A stretch of 64,000 nucleotides of DNA from the human T2T-CHM13v2.0 reference genome, Homo sapiens: assembly GCF_009914755.1 (NCBI RefSeq), contig NC_060927.1. One strand, written 5' to 3'. Under the pieces are notes generated by a model, which saw only the letters and a list, made by a program, of their open reading frames with translations, did no database searches and was not told the DNA's origin. Positions 1-14,369 of this stretch are shown piece after piece (the stretch's first letter is position 1; each line of letters begins with the position of its first letter). Position numbers and translations under genes: made by a program.

Positions 1-162
1 GCTATTCCTTTCAAAGGATCTGTGAATTCTTTTGATTTTCCTGGTCCATTCCTGCAGTGGTTCTTGGAAGAAAAGTTCACAATGAGAGCCTCTACACTCT
101 GTTCTGTCCGTCCAAATGGGAGATGCACAGTAGCCCTGCCTCCTATCCACCATCTTGCTCCT
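1..162 (-). mobile_element. L1 5' end (L1PBa-like), continuing beyond the window start
   Basis: The reverse complement reads caagatggtggataggaggcagggcta...ggacggacagaacagagtgt...gtgaacttttcttccaagaacc, which resembles the L1PBa 5' terminus. Confidence 0.65.
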
Positions 163-284
163 GGCATATTATGGTTTTTAATTAAATTGTACTATCTTTT
201 TCTCTCATAAATAGAAATAAAAATAGCTTATTTGTACAGAATCAAACATATCAAGAATTCATAATTTAACTAACTTTATGGATG

Positions 285-430
285 TACCAAGTTATCTTAG
301 ACTTCCAAAATCTCAATTTTCTTATTTTTATAATGAGTATAATAATGTATCTCTCACAACGTTGTTGGAAAACTTAAATAATAAATGGGAAAGAAGCTAG
401 CAGTATGTATATGACTTACTTATAGTAGAC
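285..430 (+). mobile_element. MIR fragment
   Basis: Degenerate MIR core ctcaattttcttatttttataatgagtataataatg...ctcacaacgttgttgg. Confidence 0.55.
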
Positions 431-679
431 ATAAAGGGATGTTAATCATTTTCCCAGGTTTGATGTGTTAATTAATTAAAAACTGATTACAATATTTTGG
501 ACCAGGTGCTGTGACTGGAAGTTACTGAAGGAGGTAAGTAAACATAATTTATATTTTTGGTCATTTAATTGTATTGCCAATATCTTTTAGTTGGATAGTG
601 GTGGTAAGCACTCTATTTCACTTTTCTCTCCCTTTCTTATAAAGGGGGTTTAATTAAAGCATTATTGTATTTGCCTTTT

Positions 680-979
680 TATTTTTATTTTTTTTGAGAC
701 AGAGTGTTGCTCTGTCACCCAGGCTGGAGTGCAATGGTGTGATCTCAGCTTACGACAAGTTCCGCCCTCCAGGATCACGCCATTCTCCTGCCTCGGCCTC
801 CTGAATAGCTGGGACTACTGGCGCCCACCAACATCCCTGGCTAATTTTGTTTTTGTATTTTTAGTACAGACGGTGTTTCACTGTGTTAGCCAGGATGGTT
901 TCAGTCTCCTGACCTTGTGATCCACCTGCCTTGGCCTCCCAAAGTACTGGGATTACAAGCGTGAGCCACCACACCCAGC
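680..979 (-). mobile_element. Alu (AluY/Sc-like), full length
   Basis: Dimeric Alu with T-rich tail on the left; 14-bp target-site duplication (TSD) tgtatttgcctttt at 666 and 980. Confidence 0.95.
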
Positions 980-1459
980 TGTATTTGCCTTTTATAGATC
1001 CTCTTTGGTGAAATGTCTCTTCATGTCTTTTGCCATTTTCTTTTTGAATTCTTTTTAACTGATGAGTTTTGAGAGTTCTTTATATATTCTAGATTTATTT
1101 TTTGTTGATATTTGCAAATATTTGCAGTTTTTCTTTGCTCTCTCCTCTGGGTCTCTCACAGAATAAAAATTTTTAACTGTGATGATGAAACTACCATTTT
1201 TTTCCCTCATTTATGAATCATGCTTTTGGTGTCATTGAAAACTCTTTACCAAGACTTAGGTCCTGAAGATTTTCTTCTAAGTTATCTTCTATATTTTTAT
1301 ACATTTTACACTTAAATCTTAAACCTTTTGAATTTTTGTATAAGGTGTGAAGTTTAGGTCAAGGTTTATTATTATTATTTTGCCTATGAATATCCAATTG
1401 CTCCAGCACCATTTGTTGAAAATACTATTCTTTTTCTATGTAATTCTTTGTGCACCTTT

Positions 1460-1840
1460 TGATAGGGTTTGGCTCTGTGTCTCCTCCGACATCTCATCTC
1501 CAACTGTAATCGCCATGTGTCGGGGGAGGGGCCTGGTGGGATGTGGTTGAATCATGGGGTGGACTTCCCTGTTGCTGTTGTCATGACAGCGAGTGGGTTT
1601 TCACCACTTCTGGTTGTTTGAAAGTGTATGACACTTCCTCCTTTGCTCTCTCTCTCCTCCATCACTGTGAAGATGTGCGGGCTTGCCCTTCATCTTCTGC
1701 CTTGATTTTCAGTTTCCTGAGGCCTCCCAGTCATGCTTCGTGTTAAGTCTGGGGAAGTGTGAGTCAATTACACATCTTTTCTTTTTAAATTACACAGTCG
1801 CAGGTAGTTCTTTATAGCAGTGTGAAAACAAACTATTACA
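1460..1840 (+). mobile_element. MST-family (MaLR) solo LTR
   Basis: Starts tgatagggtttggctctgtgt and ends gtgaaaacaaactattaca; 5-bp TSD ccttt on both sides. Confidence 0.9.
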
Positions 1841-2167
1841 CCTTTGTATATAATCAGTATGCTGTACTTGTATGGGTCTATTTCTGGGTTTTCTATGACG
1901 GTCCCTTGATCTATGTGTTTATACGTCTGTGAAAACCACACAGTATTGATTATTGTGGCTATATAATAAGCCTTGATAAAATAATTCTTCCCACCTTATT
2001 CTTTTTCAAAATTGTTTTATATATCCAAGTTCCACTACCATTCTACATATTTTAGAATAATCTTGTATGTATCTACAAAAAATCCTGCTGAGATTTTGAC
2101 AGGAATTGTGATAAATGTTTATCAGTATGTACATCTTTACTATGTTGTCTTCCAATCCATGATACAG

Positions 2168-2688
2168 TGTGATGGTTACTTTTATGTGTCAGCTTTACTG
2201 GGCTAAAGAATGCCCATGTAGCAGCTGAAATATTATTTCTAGGTGTGTTTGTAGGATGTTTCTGGAAGAGACTAACATTAAAATAGGCAGAATGAGTAAA
2301 GAAAATTATTGTCACCAGTGTGGATGGGCATTGTCCAATCCTTTGAGTGCCTGAGTAAAGCAAAAAAGTGGAGGGAGAGTGGATTCACTATCTCTATTTA
2401 AGCTGGGTTGTCTACTTTCTCCTGCCCTCAGACATCTATGCTCCTGGTTCTTAGATCTTCAGAACTGGATTGAGACTTACACTAATGGCTTTCATGGTTC
2501 TCCAGCTTGCAAATAATGGAACTTCTCAGCCTCTATAATTATATGAGCCAATTTACATAACAGATTTCCTCTTAAATACATCTTTAAATCTCCATCTATC
2601 TAATCTATCAATCGATCTCTATATCTCTATCTATTTATCTATTCTATTCTATATTCATTTTGCTTATCTGGAGAACCTGATTAATACA
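2168..2688 (+). mobile_element. MLT2 (ERVL) solo LTR
   Basis: Starts tgtgatggttacttttatgtgtcagc and ends ctggagaacctgattaataca; 5-bp TSD tacag. Confidence 0.9.
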
Positions 2689-3368
2689 TACAGTATGCTT
2701 TCCCATTTATTTAGGTCTTGGTTGATTTTTTTTCATCAGAATTTTGTGATTTTTCTGGATCTAGATCCTGTATTTGTTTTGTTAAACATACATCTAAGAA
2801 TTTATTTTGTTTAAAAGCAATTGTGTCATTGTACTTTTAATTTTGATGACCATGTGTTCACTGCTAGTATATAAAAATACAATTAATTTTTGTATGTTCA
2901 TCTGACATCTGATGTATGTTGATCTTACATCTGTATGTTGATCTGACCTTGCCAAAGTCACTAAGTAGTCAATAGATTCCTTTAGGTTTTATACATAGAT
3001 GATTATGTCATCTGCAAATAGGGACAATTTTATTTTTTCCTTTTCAATCTGTATGTCTTTTCCTTCATTTACTTGCCTTATTACATGAATGAGAATTTCA
3101 TAATTATGATGAATAGAAGTGATGAGAGCAAATGTCCTTGCCTTGTTGCAATCTTAGAGGAAAGCTTTCGGTCTTTCATGATTAAATGTGATGTTAGCTG
3201 TAGATGCCCTTTTTCAAGTTGGGGAAGGTCTCTTCTATGCTTCATTTTCTCAAAATTTTAATTTTGAATAGATGTTGAATTCTAAATTTTGTCAAATGCT
3301 TTTTCTCCAGCAATTGATATGATGGTGCAGTTTTTCTTTATAGCCTCTTAATATGGTGGATTACACTA

Positions 3369-3654
3369 TTTTTTTTTTTTTTTTGGTGGAGTCTCGCTCT
3401 GTTGCCCAGGCTGGACTGCAGTGGCGTGATCACTGCAACCTCTGCTTCCTAGGTTCAAGTGATCCTCCTGCCTCAGCCTCCCGAGTAGCTAGGACTATAA
3501 GCGTGTGCCACCATGCCCGGCTAATTTTTGTATTTCTAGTAGAGATGCGGTTTCACCATGCTGGCCAGGCTGGTCTTGAACTCCTGACCTTGTGATCCAC
3601 CTGCCTCAGCCTCCCAAAGTGCTGGGAGTACAGGCATGAGCCATCTTGCCTGCC
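3369..3654 (-). mobile_element. Alu (AluS)
   Basis: Dimeric Alu with poly-T; short TSD tacacta. Confidence 0.95.
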
Positions 3655-6600
3655 TACACTAAATTTTCTAATATTGAGCTAGCTTTGCCTCCCTGGAATA
3701 AACATCCAACACGGTCTTATAAAATTCTTTTTACATATTGCTGAAATCCATTTGCAGTATATTTACGAAGAATATTGGTCTGCAGTTTTCATTTTCTGTA
3801 CTGTCTTTGGAATAAGGGTGACACTGGCTTCACAAAATGAATTAATTGGGCCATGTTGCCCTCTCATCTGTTTTCCAGAAGAAATTGTGTAGAATTGGTG
3901 TTATTTTAATTTAAACATTTGGTCGTATTCTCCTGTGAAACCATTTGGGCCTGGGAATGCCTTTTTGAAGAGTTTAAAATTTCTTAATTCAATTTATTTA
4001 ACTGTCATGAGCCTATTCACATTATTGATTTCACTTTGCATGAGTTGTGGTAGATTGTGTGTTTTGAGAAAATGGTCTGTTTTATCTATGTCGAATTTAT
4101 GTGTGTGTAATTGTTCACAGTATTCTTTTATTCTTTTGATATCTTCAGGGTTTGTAGTGGTACCTATTTTCTTCCTGAGTGCTAATTTGTGTCTTTTCTC
4201 TCTCCTTTTGACATTCTCACTAGATATTTGTCATTTACAAAAAAACTTTCAAAAAACAAGTTTCAGTTTCATCAATTTTCTCTATTTCTTGTTTTCAATT
4301 TTATTTATTTCTGCTGTTTTCTTTATTATTTCCTTTCTTCTGCTGACTTTGGGTTAATCTTGCTCTTTTCTTTTAGTTTCTTGAGGCAGAAACTTAGATT
4401 ATTGACTTGTGATCTTTTCTCTATTCTCGTGTGAGCATTTGATGCTAAAATTTTTTTTTCTTATCATTGCTTAAGTTGTGTCCCACAAAATTTAATATGT
4501 TGTATTTTCATTTTCATTCAATTCAATATATTTTTAAAATTTTCCTTGAGACTTCCTCATTGACCCATGGATTACTTAGAAACATATTTAGTTTTCAAGT
4601 GTTTGAAGATTTTCCCATTATCTTTCACTTATTGATTTGTAGTTTGACTCTATTGTTGTCAGGGATGATTCTCTATAGCCATTTTTTAGGGTAATTCTGC
4701 TGGTGAGAAATTCTTTTAGCTTTTCTTTATCTGATAATGTCTTTTTCTTTCATGTCTGAAAAATGATTTTAATTTTTTAAAACATTTTGAGGTATGTTTT
4801 ATGGTTCAGAATACGGTCAATCTTGGTATATGTTCTGTGGACACTTGAAGAGAATGTGTATTTTGCTGTTATTGGGTGGATTGTTCTATACATGTTAATT
4901 TGATCTTGTTAGTTGATGATGTTGAGTTCTTCTATATCCTTGCTGATTTTCTGTCTAGTAGTCCTGTCATTTGCTTCAGGACATAGTGTTGACATCCTTA
5001 ATTTTAATTGTGGATTCATCTATTTCATTTCTTTTTTTAGCTCTATTAGTTTTTTGCCTCATGTATTTTGAGATTCTGTTGTTTGGTGCATACATAATTA
5101 GGATTTCTGTGCCTTCCTGGTAGATTTATCCTTTTATCGTTATGTAATGTTACTCTGTATCCTGGTAATTTTCTCTGCCCTAAAGTCTACTTTATCTGAT
5201 ATTCATATTAACATTCCTGTTTTCTTTTGATTAATGTTTGCATGGTATATCATTTTTCATCTTTGAAAATTTTCACTTACCTATATTATTATGTTTGAAG
5301 TGAGTTTCTTATAGACAGCATATAGTTGGGTCTACCAATTTTTGATTTATGTATTTAAACTGTGTATATTTAGTGCAATTTTTGATAAGCTAAGGCTTAA
5401 GTCTGCCATTTTACTTTTGTGTTCTGTTTGTACTTTCTGTTTCTCATTTTTCCATTTTCTTTTCTCTCCTTTTCTATAGTTACTTGACTATCTCCTAGAA
5501 TTCCATACTAATTCATCTGTGGTGTTTTTAAGTGTATCTTGTATAGATTTTTAAATGGTTGCTCAAGGTATCACATTAAATATATATCACTTATCACAGT
5601 CTACTGCTGTTTATTGGTGTTCAAGTGAAGTATAGAAATCTTTCCTTCCTTTATGTCTCTTTACCCTCACTCATGTATAGTATAATTAACTTAACTTATT
5701 TTCTAATACATTGAGACAGTTTATAATGTATCATAAATTATTATAATATTTGTTTAACTGTCAAACATAATTTAGAAAATATAGAAGATGAGAAAAATCT
5801 ATAATATTTACCCACAATTTTTCTTTTTCTCTTATTCTTTCTTCCTTTCTGATGTTCTAGAATTTTTGGTTTATCAGTTCCTTTCTGCTTGGAGAATTTT
5901 ATTTAGCCATTCTTTAGGGTGACTCTGCTGGTGACAAATTCTTTTAGTTTTTCTTAATCTGAGAATGTCTTTTCCCTTCATTTCTGAAAAATATTTTTGG
6001 CTGGCTAAAAAACTCAGAATTTGCATTTCTTCTATTTTAGCATTTAGAAAATGTTGTATTACTTCCTTCTGGCCTTCATGATTTTTAACGAGAAATCTGT
6101 TGTCATTTGAATTATTTTTCTCCTATAGATAAGGTGTCATTTTTCTCTTCCTGCTTTCATGATATTTTTTATTTTGTAGTTTTCAGAATTTGACTATGAT
6201 GTGCCTAGGTGGGATTTCTTTGGGCTTGTTCTGTTTGGGATCTGCTCAGCTTCTCAAATTTGTAAGCTTATGTTTTCTTGACAAATTCAGGAAATTTTTA
6301 GCCATTCTTTATTTGAATACCTTTTCAGCCACACCATCTTTCTCTTTTCCTTCCAGTTGTTCATGACATAAATGTTAAAACTTTTGTTATAGTCCCAAAG
6401 GTCTCTGTTTTTCTTTCTGTTTTCTCTCTGTTGATCAGATTGGTTCATTTCCATTGTTTATCTTCCAGTTCACGGATTCTTTCCTTTATCCTTTCCATTC
6501 TACTGTTGGGCACGTTTATTAAGTTTTTTTTTAAGTTTAGTTATTGTATATTTTAGTTCTAAAAATATCATTTTGTTCTTCTTTATATCTTTTATTCCTT

Positions 6601-7871
6601 AGCTAATACTTTGCATTTTTTTCATTCGTACCAACATATTCATAATTGGTGAAACATTTTAATTGTGGATCCTTTAAAATTCTTGCAAGATAATCCCAAT
6701 GTCTGTATCTCAGTGTTGGCATCTGTTGATTGTCTTTTCTTATTCTAGCTGAGAATTTTCTAATATGATGAGTAATTTTTTAAATTGAATTCTGGAAATA
6801 TTGGTTATTTTGAGCTTATTTAAATCTTTGGTATAGCAGGCATTCTCTGAAAACCTTCTAGAAGGGAAAGAAAAGCATCATGTCATTATTGCCAAGTGTG
6901 GGTGAAAGTCCAGCTTGCCCACTTGATCCCCACTGACAGTGGCGCAGGGGTGTTCTTTGTTACTGCTGGGCAAGGGTAGGGGATGAGGCTTTCTATTATA
7001 CATCCACTAATACCACTCTGTCTATGAGTAGGAGGGATTTGTCTTTACTTCTTATATGGTCTCCCTGACACTTTCAGCAGGGACGAGGTTACTTTGTTAC
7101 TAGTGAGTATGGGTGAAAGTCCTGACTCTCCATTAGGCCTTCTCTGATACCAACTCAGCAGGCAGGGTGAGGGGCATCTTAATACCTCAGGGTTGGGTGA
7201 AAGTGAAGACTCCCCATGTGGTCTCCACTACTCCGTTGACCCCATAGTAAAAGGTCACTCAGTGGAGGAGAACATCCCAGCTTTTTTTGGCTTTCACTGA
7301 TGCTTCCCTGGCAGAAGGATGGGGATGACTTTTTACAGCTTAATGAAGGTAGGAGCCTAGTCAGTTTTCTTTGGTGGTGGAGGTGTGAATGGGGTTACAG
7401 TTTTTTGTTTTTGTTTTTTTCCTGTGGTGTTTGGCTGGTGTATAGTGGTTATTGTCTAATTGTTTTTCCTATCTTGCTAGGTACCTCCTTATTTGGCTGG
7501 AAAGGGAAATTTTTTAGGAAGTATTTTTGTGCCTATTGGTATTTCCAGGTGACTGGCTTCTTCAGCACTCAGTCTGGGACATATATGGCAAAACAAAAAT
7601 GTAGAGAATTCATTGCTCAGAAGTACACATGCTTCCAATTATGGAAACATTTCTTTGCTTCAAATTTTAAATTGGTTTTCTTCTGTGCTTTCTCTACCCT
7701 AGGGGCTTAAGTTTTAGCATTCTTAGGTTTTCAAGGTCAGTTCCTATTTATCTGCTTTCCAGTTTTTCAAAATTTTCTGTTTAGCGTCTTCCCTTAATTA
7801 CCTTGTTTTTATGGATTCATTTAAAAATGTAATGTTAATTTATTAGGACTTTGTGATGAATATGCATGTCA

Positions 7872-7955
7872 TTTTTGAACTCCTTGCCTCAAGCAATCTT
7901 CCTGCCTCAGCCTTCCAAAGTGCTGTGATTACAAGCACGTGCTGCTGCACCCAAC
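7872..7955 (-). mobile_element. Alu/FLAM 5' fragment (first ~85 nt only)
   Basis: gaactccttgcctcaagcaatcttcctgcctcagccttccaaagtgctgtgattaca; flanked by tatgcatgt(c/t)atttt direct repeats. Confidence 0.85.
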
Positions 7956-8079
7956 TAACTATGCATGTTATTTTAAAGGATCTGTTTTAAAGTACAATTC
8001 TTCAAAAAAAAATTCCTCTGTGTATTTGTTTATTTAAAATATTTTGAGTCTACTCTCTCCAAGTCAATGTTTTCATGCA

Positions 8080-8520
8080 TTGTAAAAGTCAGTGGTCATC
8101 AGGAGACAGAAACTCTATCAGTTATTTTAATGGAGAGAATTCAATACAAGAATTATTGACTAGATAATTTGGAACTAAAAATAGACAACAAAAAGAACAT
8201 GATGATATGGAAATAGTAATTGCAGAAAGTAGCTACCATTCCTACAGTTGAGAGAATAAAAGGAAGAGGATACAAGGATTAAAATTTAGAAGGTTAGAGG
8301 AGGGGCTCATGAAACTGAAATCCTGAGAAGCGTGCTTCTCAGGTGGTGCTATCTGTGGGCTCAGAGAAGGGGTCTGTGAGGCTGGTATTTAGCCCACTGG
8401 GGAGTTGGGTGGTGGTTAGCTGTCCCTGAGGGTCTTTGATGGCACATGATAAGGCTGGTTTTGCAAGTGTTGGACCACTGCAAAGTGGATTCAACCGATG
8501 CTAGGAGAACAAATTACTGC
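8080..8520 (-). mobile_element. Old LTR fragment (family uncertain)
   Basis: tcaggagacagaaactctatcagttattttaatggagagaattcaatac resembles the antisense end of ancient mammalian LTRs. Confidence 0.4.
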
Positions 8521-8524
8521 CAAG

Positions 8525-9412
8525 CCTTCAGCAAATCTTGAAAATATAATCGAATTCTAATATCTTCTCATGACCTCTACTTCTATTCCTCTTACCCACA
8601 CCACCATCATCTCTTGCCTGGATTATTCCAAAAACCTCCTATTAGAATTCCTGGCTTCCTCTGTTGTCCCTCTTTAGTCTATTCTTTTTTAAAAATATAA
8701 GCAGCCAATGTAATCCTGCCAAATTTTAAGTCTGAGCATTTCACTGTACTGCTCAGAATTTTCCAGTGTCTTTTTATTTTACTCAGAGTAAAAACCAAAA
8801 TCATCACAATACCCCACCAAGCCCTATATAGTTCCGCCTGCCTGCAGTTGTCACGCACAGCTGCACCACTTCAGAGGGTGTCATTCATATAGAAAATTAT
8901 GTGCCACATGCCAGCTCTAAGCCCACCACTCCTCCTTTTATCTTTCTGACTTTCCTTCCTATTACTTTTATTTCATTTATTCTGTCCCAATCCCCTTGGT
9001 CTGCTTGCTATTCCTCAGATATGCTAAATACACTTCAAGGCCATTGACCTTGCTGTTCTCTCTTATTCTCCTTTAGATATATGTATGGCTTTTTCTGTGC
9101 ATTGTACAGATTTGGTTTTTACTTAAATGTATCAGCTCAGTAATTCTTTCCCTGGCCTATTTAAAAATGCATCTAGTCTTTCTTCCTGCAGTCCCAATCC
9201 CTTTTCCCTACCTTATTTTTTTTCATGGCACTTAATACCATATTACACACTATATGTTAACTTATTATTTATTTTCTTTCCTCCTCTCAATCTAACTATA
9301 GTACTAAAAAAAAAGGTTTTTTTTTTTTTTTTTTGGTCTGGTCCATCAGTCATGTGCTCCATTACCTAGAGCTGTGCATAATATATAGTAAGTGACCAAT
9401 ACATATTTTGTA
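8525..9412 (+). mobile_element. L2 3' region
   Basis: caccatcatctcttgcctggattatt motif; ends with an L2-like terminus atatagtaagtgaccaatacatattttg. Confidence 0.75.
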
Positions 9413-11828
9413 CTTTTGATTATAGAGAATAGTATCTTAAATTACTATTTCCATACTTTGTGAAGATTTGAACTGCCTTACAATAAATGAAAATGGATTT
9501 GTAATTTGAAATTCTAGAAAAGCATGAGAATCTGCACCAAGATGCCAATTTGATATGGTTAACACATGGATTTTACAAGATGGAAGTTAGATTGAATTGA
9601 AAATTACATATGTTTGCAATAGTAAAGCTGTATCATATTGCCAAATTTATATAATATTTATAATTGTGGAAGTTGCTATATCCACCGTCTACCAGAATAT
9701 AGAGCTACCATGGTTATTTAGTCAATGTGAATCCCTTAAAACTGTTTTAGAAAAGAAGCTAAAATATTACCCTATTGAAATACTTTCTGGGAGACTAGTT
9801 TTTGCACCTTTTAAAGAAAGTGGATATGCATGCAATTTTAGAATGCATTAATAAAGAAAAAAATAATGAAAGAAAAATGTTCTGGACCAAAAAAATATAT
9901 ACCACTGAAATTTAGCATTTGACAAAGCTGTGGTTTTGTACTGACTTTAATTTTTGGTCTTTAAGGATTACTAATAGAATGCAGTAAAAAGTTCCATTGC
10001 TCTCTTTTGGCAAAGACACACATTTAAACAGAATGACAAAATGCAATACAAACTTCAAGGTGAACTTTAGAATTACTGGATATGCAGGATTTTACCATGA
10101 ATTGATGTGCCAAGCTTGTTAGTATTCCCAGCCCAGTCTCTACATAAACAATGTTACCTCGTCTTGTGATTCTGGAATTGTTTAATTGAAAATGTGCAGG
10201 CTTTCTGTTCTGAACACAGCATAAGAAATAAAGGAGTCAGTGACCTATAGAATGCATTATCATTTTCCTCTTGATAATATCAAGCAAATGAAGCAGCCCA
10301 AAGTGGAAGATAAAAAAGCAACCCATATTTTGGGGGATCAGAAATAGGGAAAAAGATAATAAGCTCTAGAATGTAGTCAGGACACCATGAATAAGGCATC
10401 ATAAAACCTCCAGCATGCTTAGGTGTGGCAATATTATGTGGCTTGTGCTAGCGATTTATGTTAAGCAAAAAATTAACATTGGACAATAAATTTCTTTTGG
10501 GTATTACCTTGTAACTATACTCACTATGTAAGTTGCATTTCTTAAACTTACCACTGGTTTGACAATGTTAATTTGATCAAAGAGAAATCCACTAGATATA
10601 AGTGTATAATAACTGAGAAATGAGATTATTAATGTTTTGGGGGAATATAGGAAGTAGGTAAAATTACTGCTGAGAGGGTTAATAGGTGACATCAAATATT
10701 CATTATTTTACCTTTTTGTTCCCAAGTATAGGCAGTTGTAAGTGTGCTAACTATGTCAGTTTTTGCTGACATGGTTTAAATTTCACAATGCAAGAACTTT
10801 TTCTGGTTACGATAGAGATGTGGCTACACTTAGAAAATCAGAGTTTCATCTGACAGTAGAAAAGGCATAATCTGCTTTCTTTCTCATGTTTACAAGAGGC
10901 TTAAGAAAAGGGTTGGTGGGGCCAAATAAGATTTAAAAAATCTTCTCTTTACTCTTTTCTTCAATTTTGCAATGATTGGTGTACTTGTACATGGTCACTT
11001 CTCAGAAATGTATTAGCATTAGGTGTTGATAAAATAATCAGTAGAAATTCTGTATCCTAACATCCCTTTTCAGGTTCATATTCAATTTAATAGCAGATAA
11101 AATTGGTCTTTTTCTTTAAGTTTTTAGTTTAGCCTTATTCATTTTTTTAGTAGTAACTCATGTCCCATAATATAAAAATAAGTAAGAGTCTATATTTTTC
11201 TGTCAATTCATTTTTACATTTCACTGACTGGATAGGAAAATACATATAGTTCTCACTCTCGAGGCCATACAACTTTGGATCTATTTGTGAGGAACTAGAA
11301 GTAGGAATAGGTGAAGATTACAATTGGGAGAGAGAAACCAACTGGGAGATGTCAGTGGGCAGTGAGGGAGTGAGTATAGAGTTAATTGCTTAGTTAAGGT
11401 GGCAGGGGGAACCTGAAAGTCAAAAGGGATAAATCTATGATTCAGGCTATCATGGGAATGGGAGTGAATTCAGAATAGAAGGAAAAAAAAATAAAATGAG
11501 TCAAATCCAAACCAATCATCCGCAGCTACCACATAGCAAGGGTGTGTCCAAGAAAATTTGTGAGGGATGTAAATCTAGTTGGTAGTTCTTCTCAATTGAT
11601 CCATGAACAGATAGCTTTGTTCCTGTATGGCTCTAAAGATATCCCTTGTATTTTTGATATTGCCTAGTGAAGTAACTAGGACTCCAGGTTCACCATTTCA
11701 AGTCTGTTGTCCGCCCTGTTCCTGGGTGACTCAGGTCTCTTCATTGCTTTTCTGTGCCACCAATGGGATTTATATGGCCGATTGACAGCAGCAGCTACTT
11801 CAGAGTTTATTTTCTTGACCTTGCTGCT

Positions 11829-12376
11829 TGTGATGGTTCATTTAAGATGTCAACTTGATTGGATTGAGGGATGGCTAGATGGAGGGCGAAGCATTGTTTC
11901 TGAGTGTCTGTGAGGGTGTTTCTAGAGGAGATGAACATGTGAATCAGTGAACTGAGAGAGGAAGACTTGCCTTCACATTGGGGTCTGGCTGGAACAAACC
12001 TGCAGAGGAAAGGGAATTTTCTCTTTCTACTTTCTCTCTCCCTTTTAGAGCAGGACACATTTACTCCTTCTACCTTTGGATGTCAGACTCCAGGTTCTTT
12101 GGCTTTTGAACTCTGAGACTTGCACCAGCAGCCTCTCAGGGGTTTCTTGGGCCTGACTAGGGACTGCACTGTAGGCTTTCGTGGTTCTGAGGCCTCAGAC
12201 TTGGACTGATCCATGTTACCAGTGTTTAGCCAATGCTGCTGGCATCTCCAGCTCTATAGCTTGCAATTGCCCTATTGGGACTACTCCATCTCTGTGATTG
12301 TGTGAACTGATTCCCTCTAATATATCCCCTTCCATATATCCTGGTTTTGTCTCTCTGGAGAACTCTGATCAATACA
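11829..12376 (+). mobile_element. MLT2A/B (ERVL) solo LTR
   Basis: Starts tgtgatggttcatttaagatgtcaacttgattggattgaggg and ends ctggagaactctgatcaataca; TSD ctgct. Confidence 0.9.
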
Positions 12377-12520
12377 CTGCTCCTGTCCATTCCTTTGGCC
12401 GTATGCTCCAGCTCTGTCCTTTCTGAGAAGAGGGAGTGGTATATACTCTGACCTATAATGATAACAAATTACTAGGTTCTTTAAGGATTGCCAGCTCTTA
12501 GATTTTAATGTCTTTTGACC

Positions 12521-12803
12521 TTTTTTTTTTAATGAGACAGGGTCTTGCTCTGTCTTCCATGCTGGAGTGCAGTAGCGTGATCACAGCTTACCGTGGCCTC
12601 AACCTCCTGAGCCCAGGTAGTCCTCCAGCCTCCCAAGTAGCTGGGACCATAGTCAAGTACGACCACACCTGGGTAATTTGGTTATTTTTTGTAGAAATGG
12701 GGTTGCTCTATGTTGCCCAGGCTGGTCTTGAACTCCTGGGCCTGACTCCAGACTTGGCCTCCCGAAGTGCTGAGATTATGGGTGTGAGCTACCATGCCCA
12801 GCC
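12521..12803 (-). mobile_element. Alu (AluJ-like)
   Basis: Diverged dimeric Alu with J-type motifs (gagacagggtcttgctc, tatgttgcccaggctggtc). Confidence 0.9.
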
Positions 12804-12883
12804 GTTTTTGACTGTTTTAATACCTGTATTCTTATGTATAGATTTTAGGATCAGTTTAATAAGTTAAAGAAAATCCTACGTAA

Positions 12884-13191
<308 letters not shown>

Positions 13192-13319
13192 AATCCTACG
13201 TAATTTTCATAGAAATTATCTGAACCCAAACTAGGGTGAGTCAGTTGAGGTGAATGAGGTATTTTCCTAGGGTCCAAAATACAAGGAGTTGCCAGAAATA
13301 TTCAGTAATCAAGATAAAT

Positions 13320-13736
<417 letters not shown>

Positions 13737-14369
13737 GATAAATAATATTTAATGCAGCATTTTAAAAATAAAATTTAATGCATAAAGTCTTTAAGTAACA
13801 ATATATCAACAATTTTGAGAAAGACAGGATCTGTCATAGCATTGTGCTAAACCATATTGGAGGCAGAGGTGAAATGGAAAATCAGGGCTGACCATGTCTT
13901 TTATTATTTCCTGAAAATTTTTATATTTTGTTAATCACTGACTTTTTGCATTAATTTTGATTTTTGAAAACAATGCATTAAAATATTACTTATCTTGATG
14001 TCTGTATTTTTTGGTGGACTTTAAAATTTTGCACCCTAGCCACGGCACTCACTTACCTCACTCCTCATCCTAGGGCTGGTTCTGAAAAGTACAATATATT
14101 TATAGTTTTTTAAAGGAAAAATTAATATCTTTTGTGGCTTAAGTTTCTCATTTATGAATATTATATTTACTTACATCTTTTATATCCTGCAATGTTTTAT
14201 ATTTTTTTCCTTGAAGGTCTTGCATACTTAAAAAATGTATTTCAAGTACCTTATGATAGATATTTCTTGCTCTTTTAAGTGGGTTTTATTTTTTGTTCTT
14301 TTTATAAAAGGTTATTTTTGCAGCTCATCGCTGTATCCATGCATCTTCTTCTTCCATTATATAAAGAAA

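Larger units (their letters stand above)
995..7620 (-). mobile_element. Long old L1 (L1M class; degenerate ORF2, ORF1 and 5' region), interrupted by MST, MLT2 and Alu
   Basis: Continuous antisense L1 motifs such as ccagcaccatttgttgaaaa, tcatctgcaaatagggacaatttt, ttgacccatggattacttagaa and agacagcatatagttggg. Confidence 0.85.
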
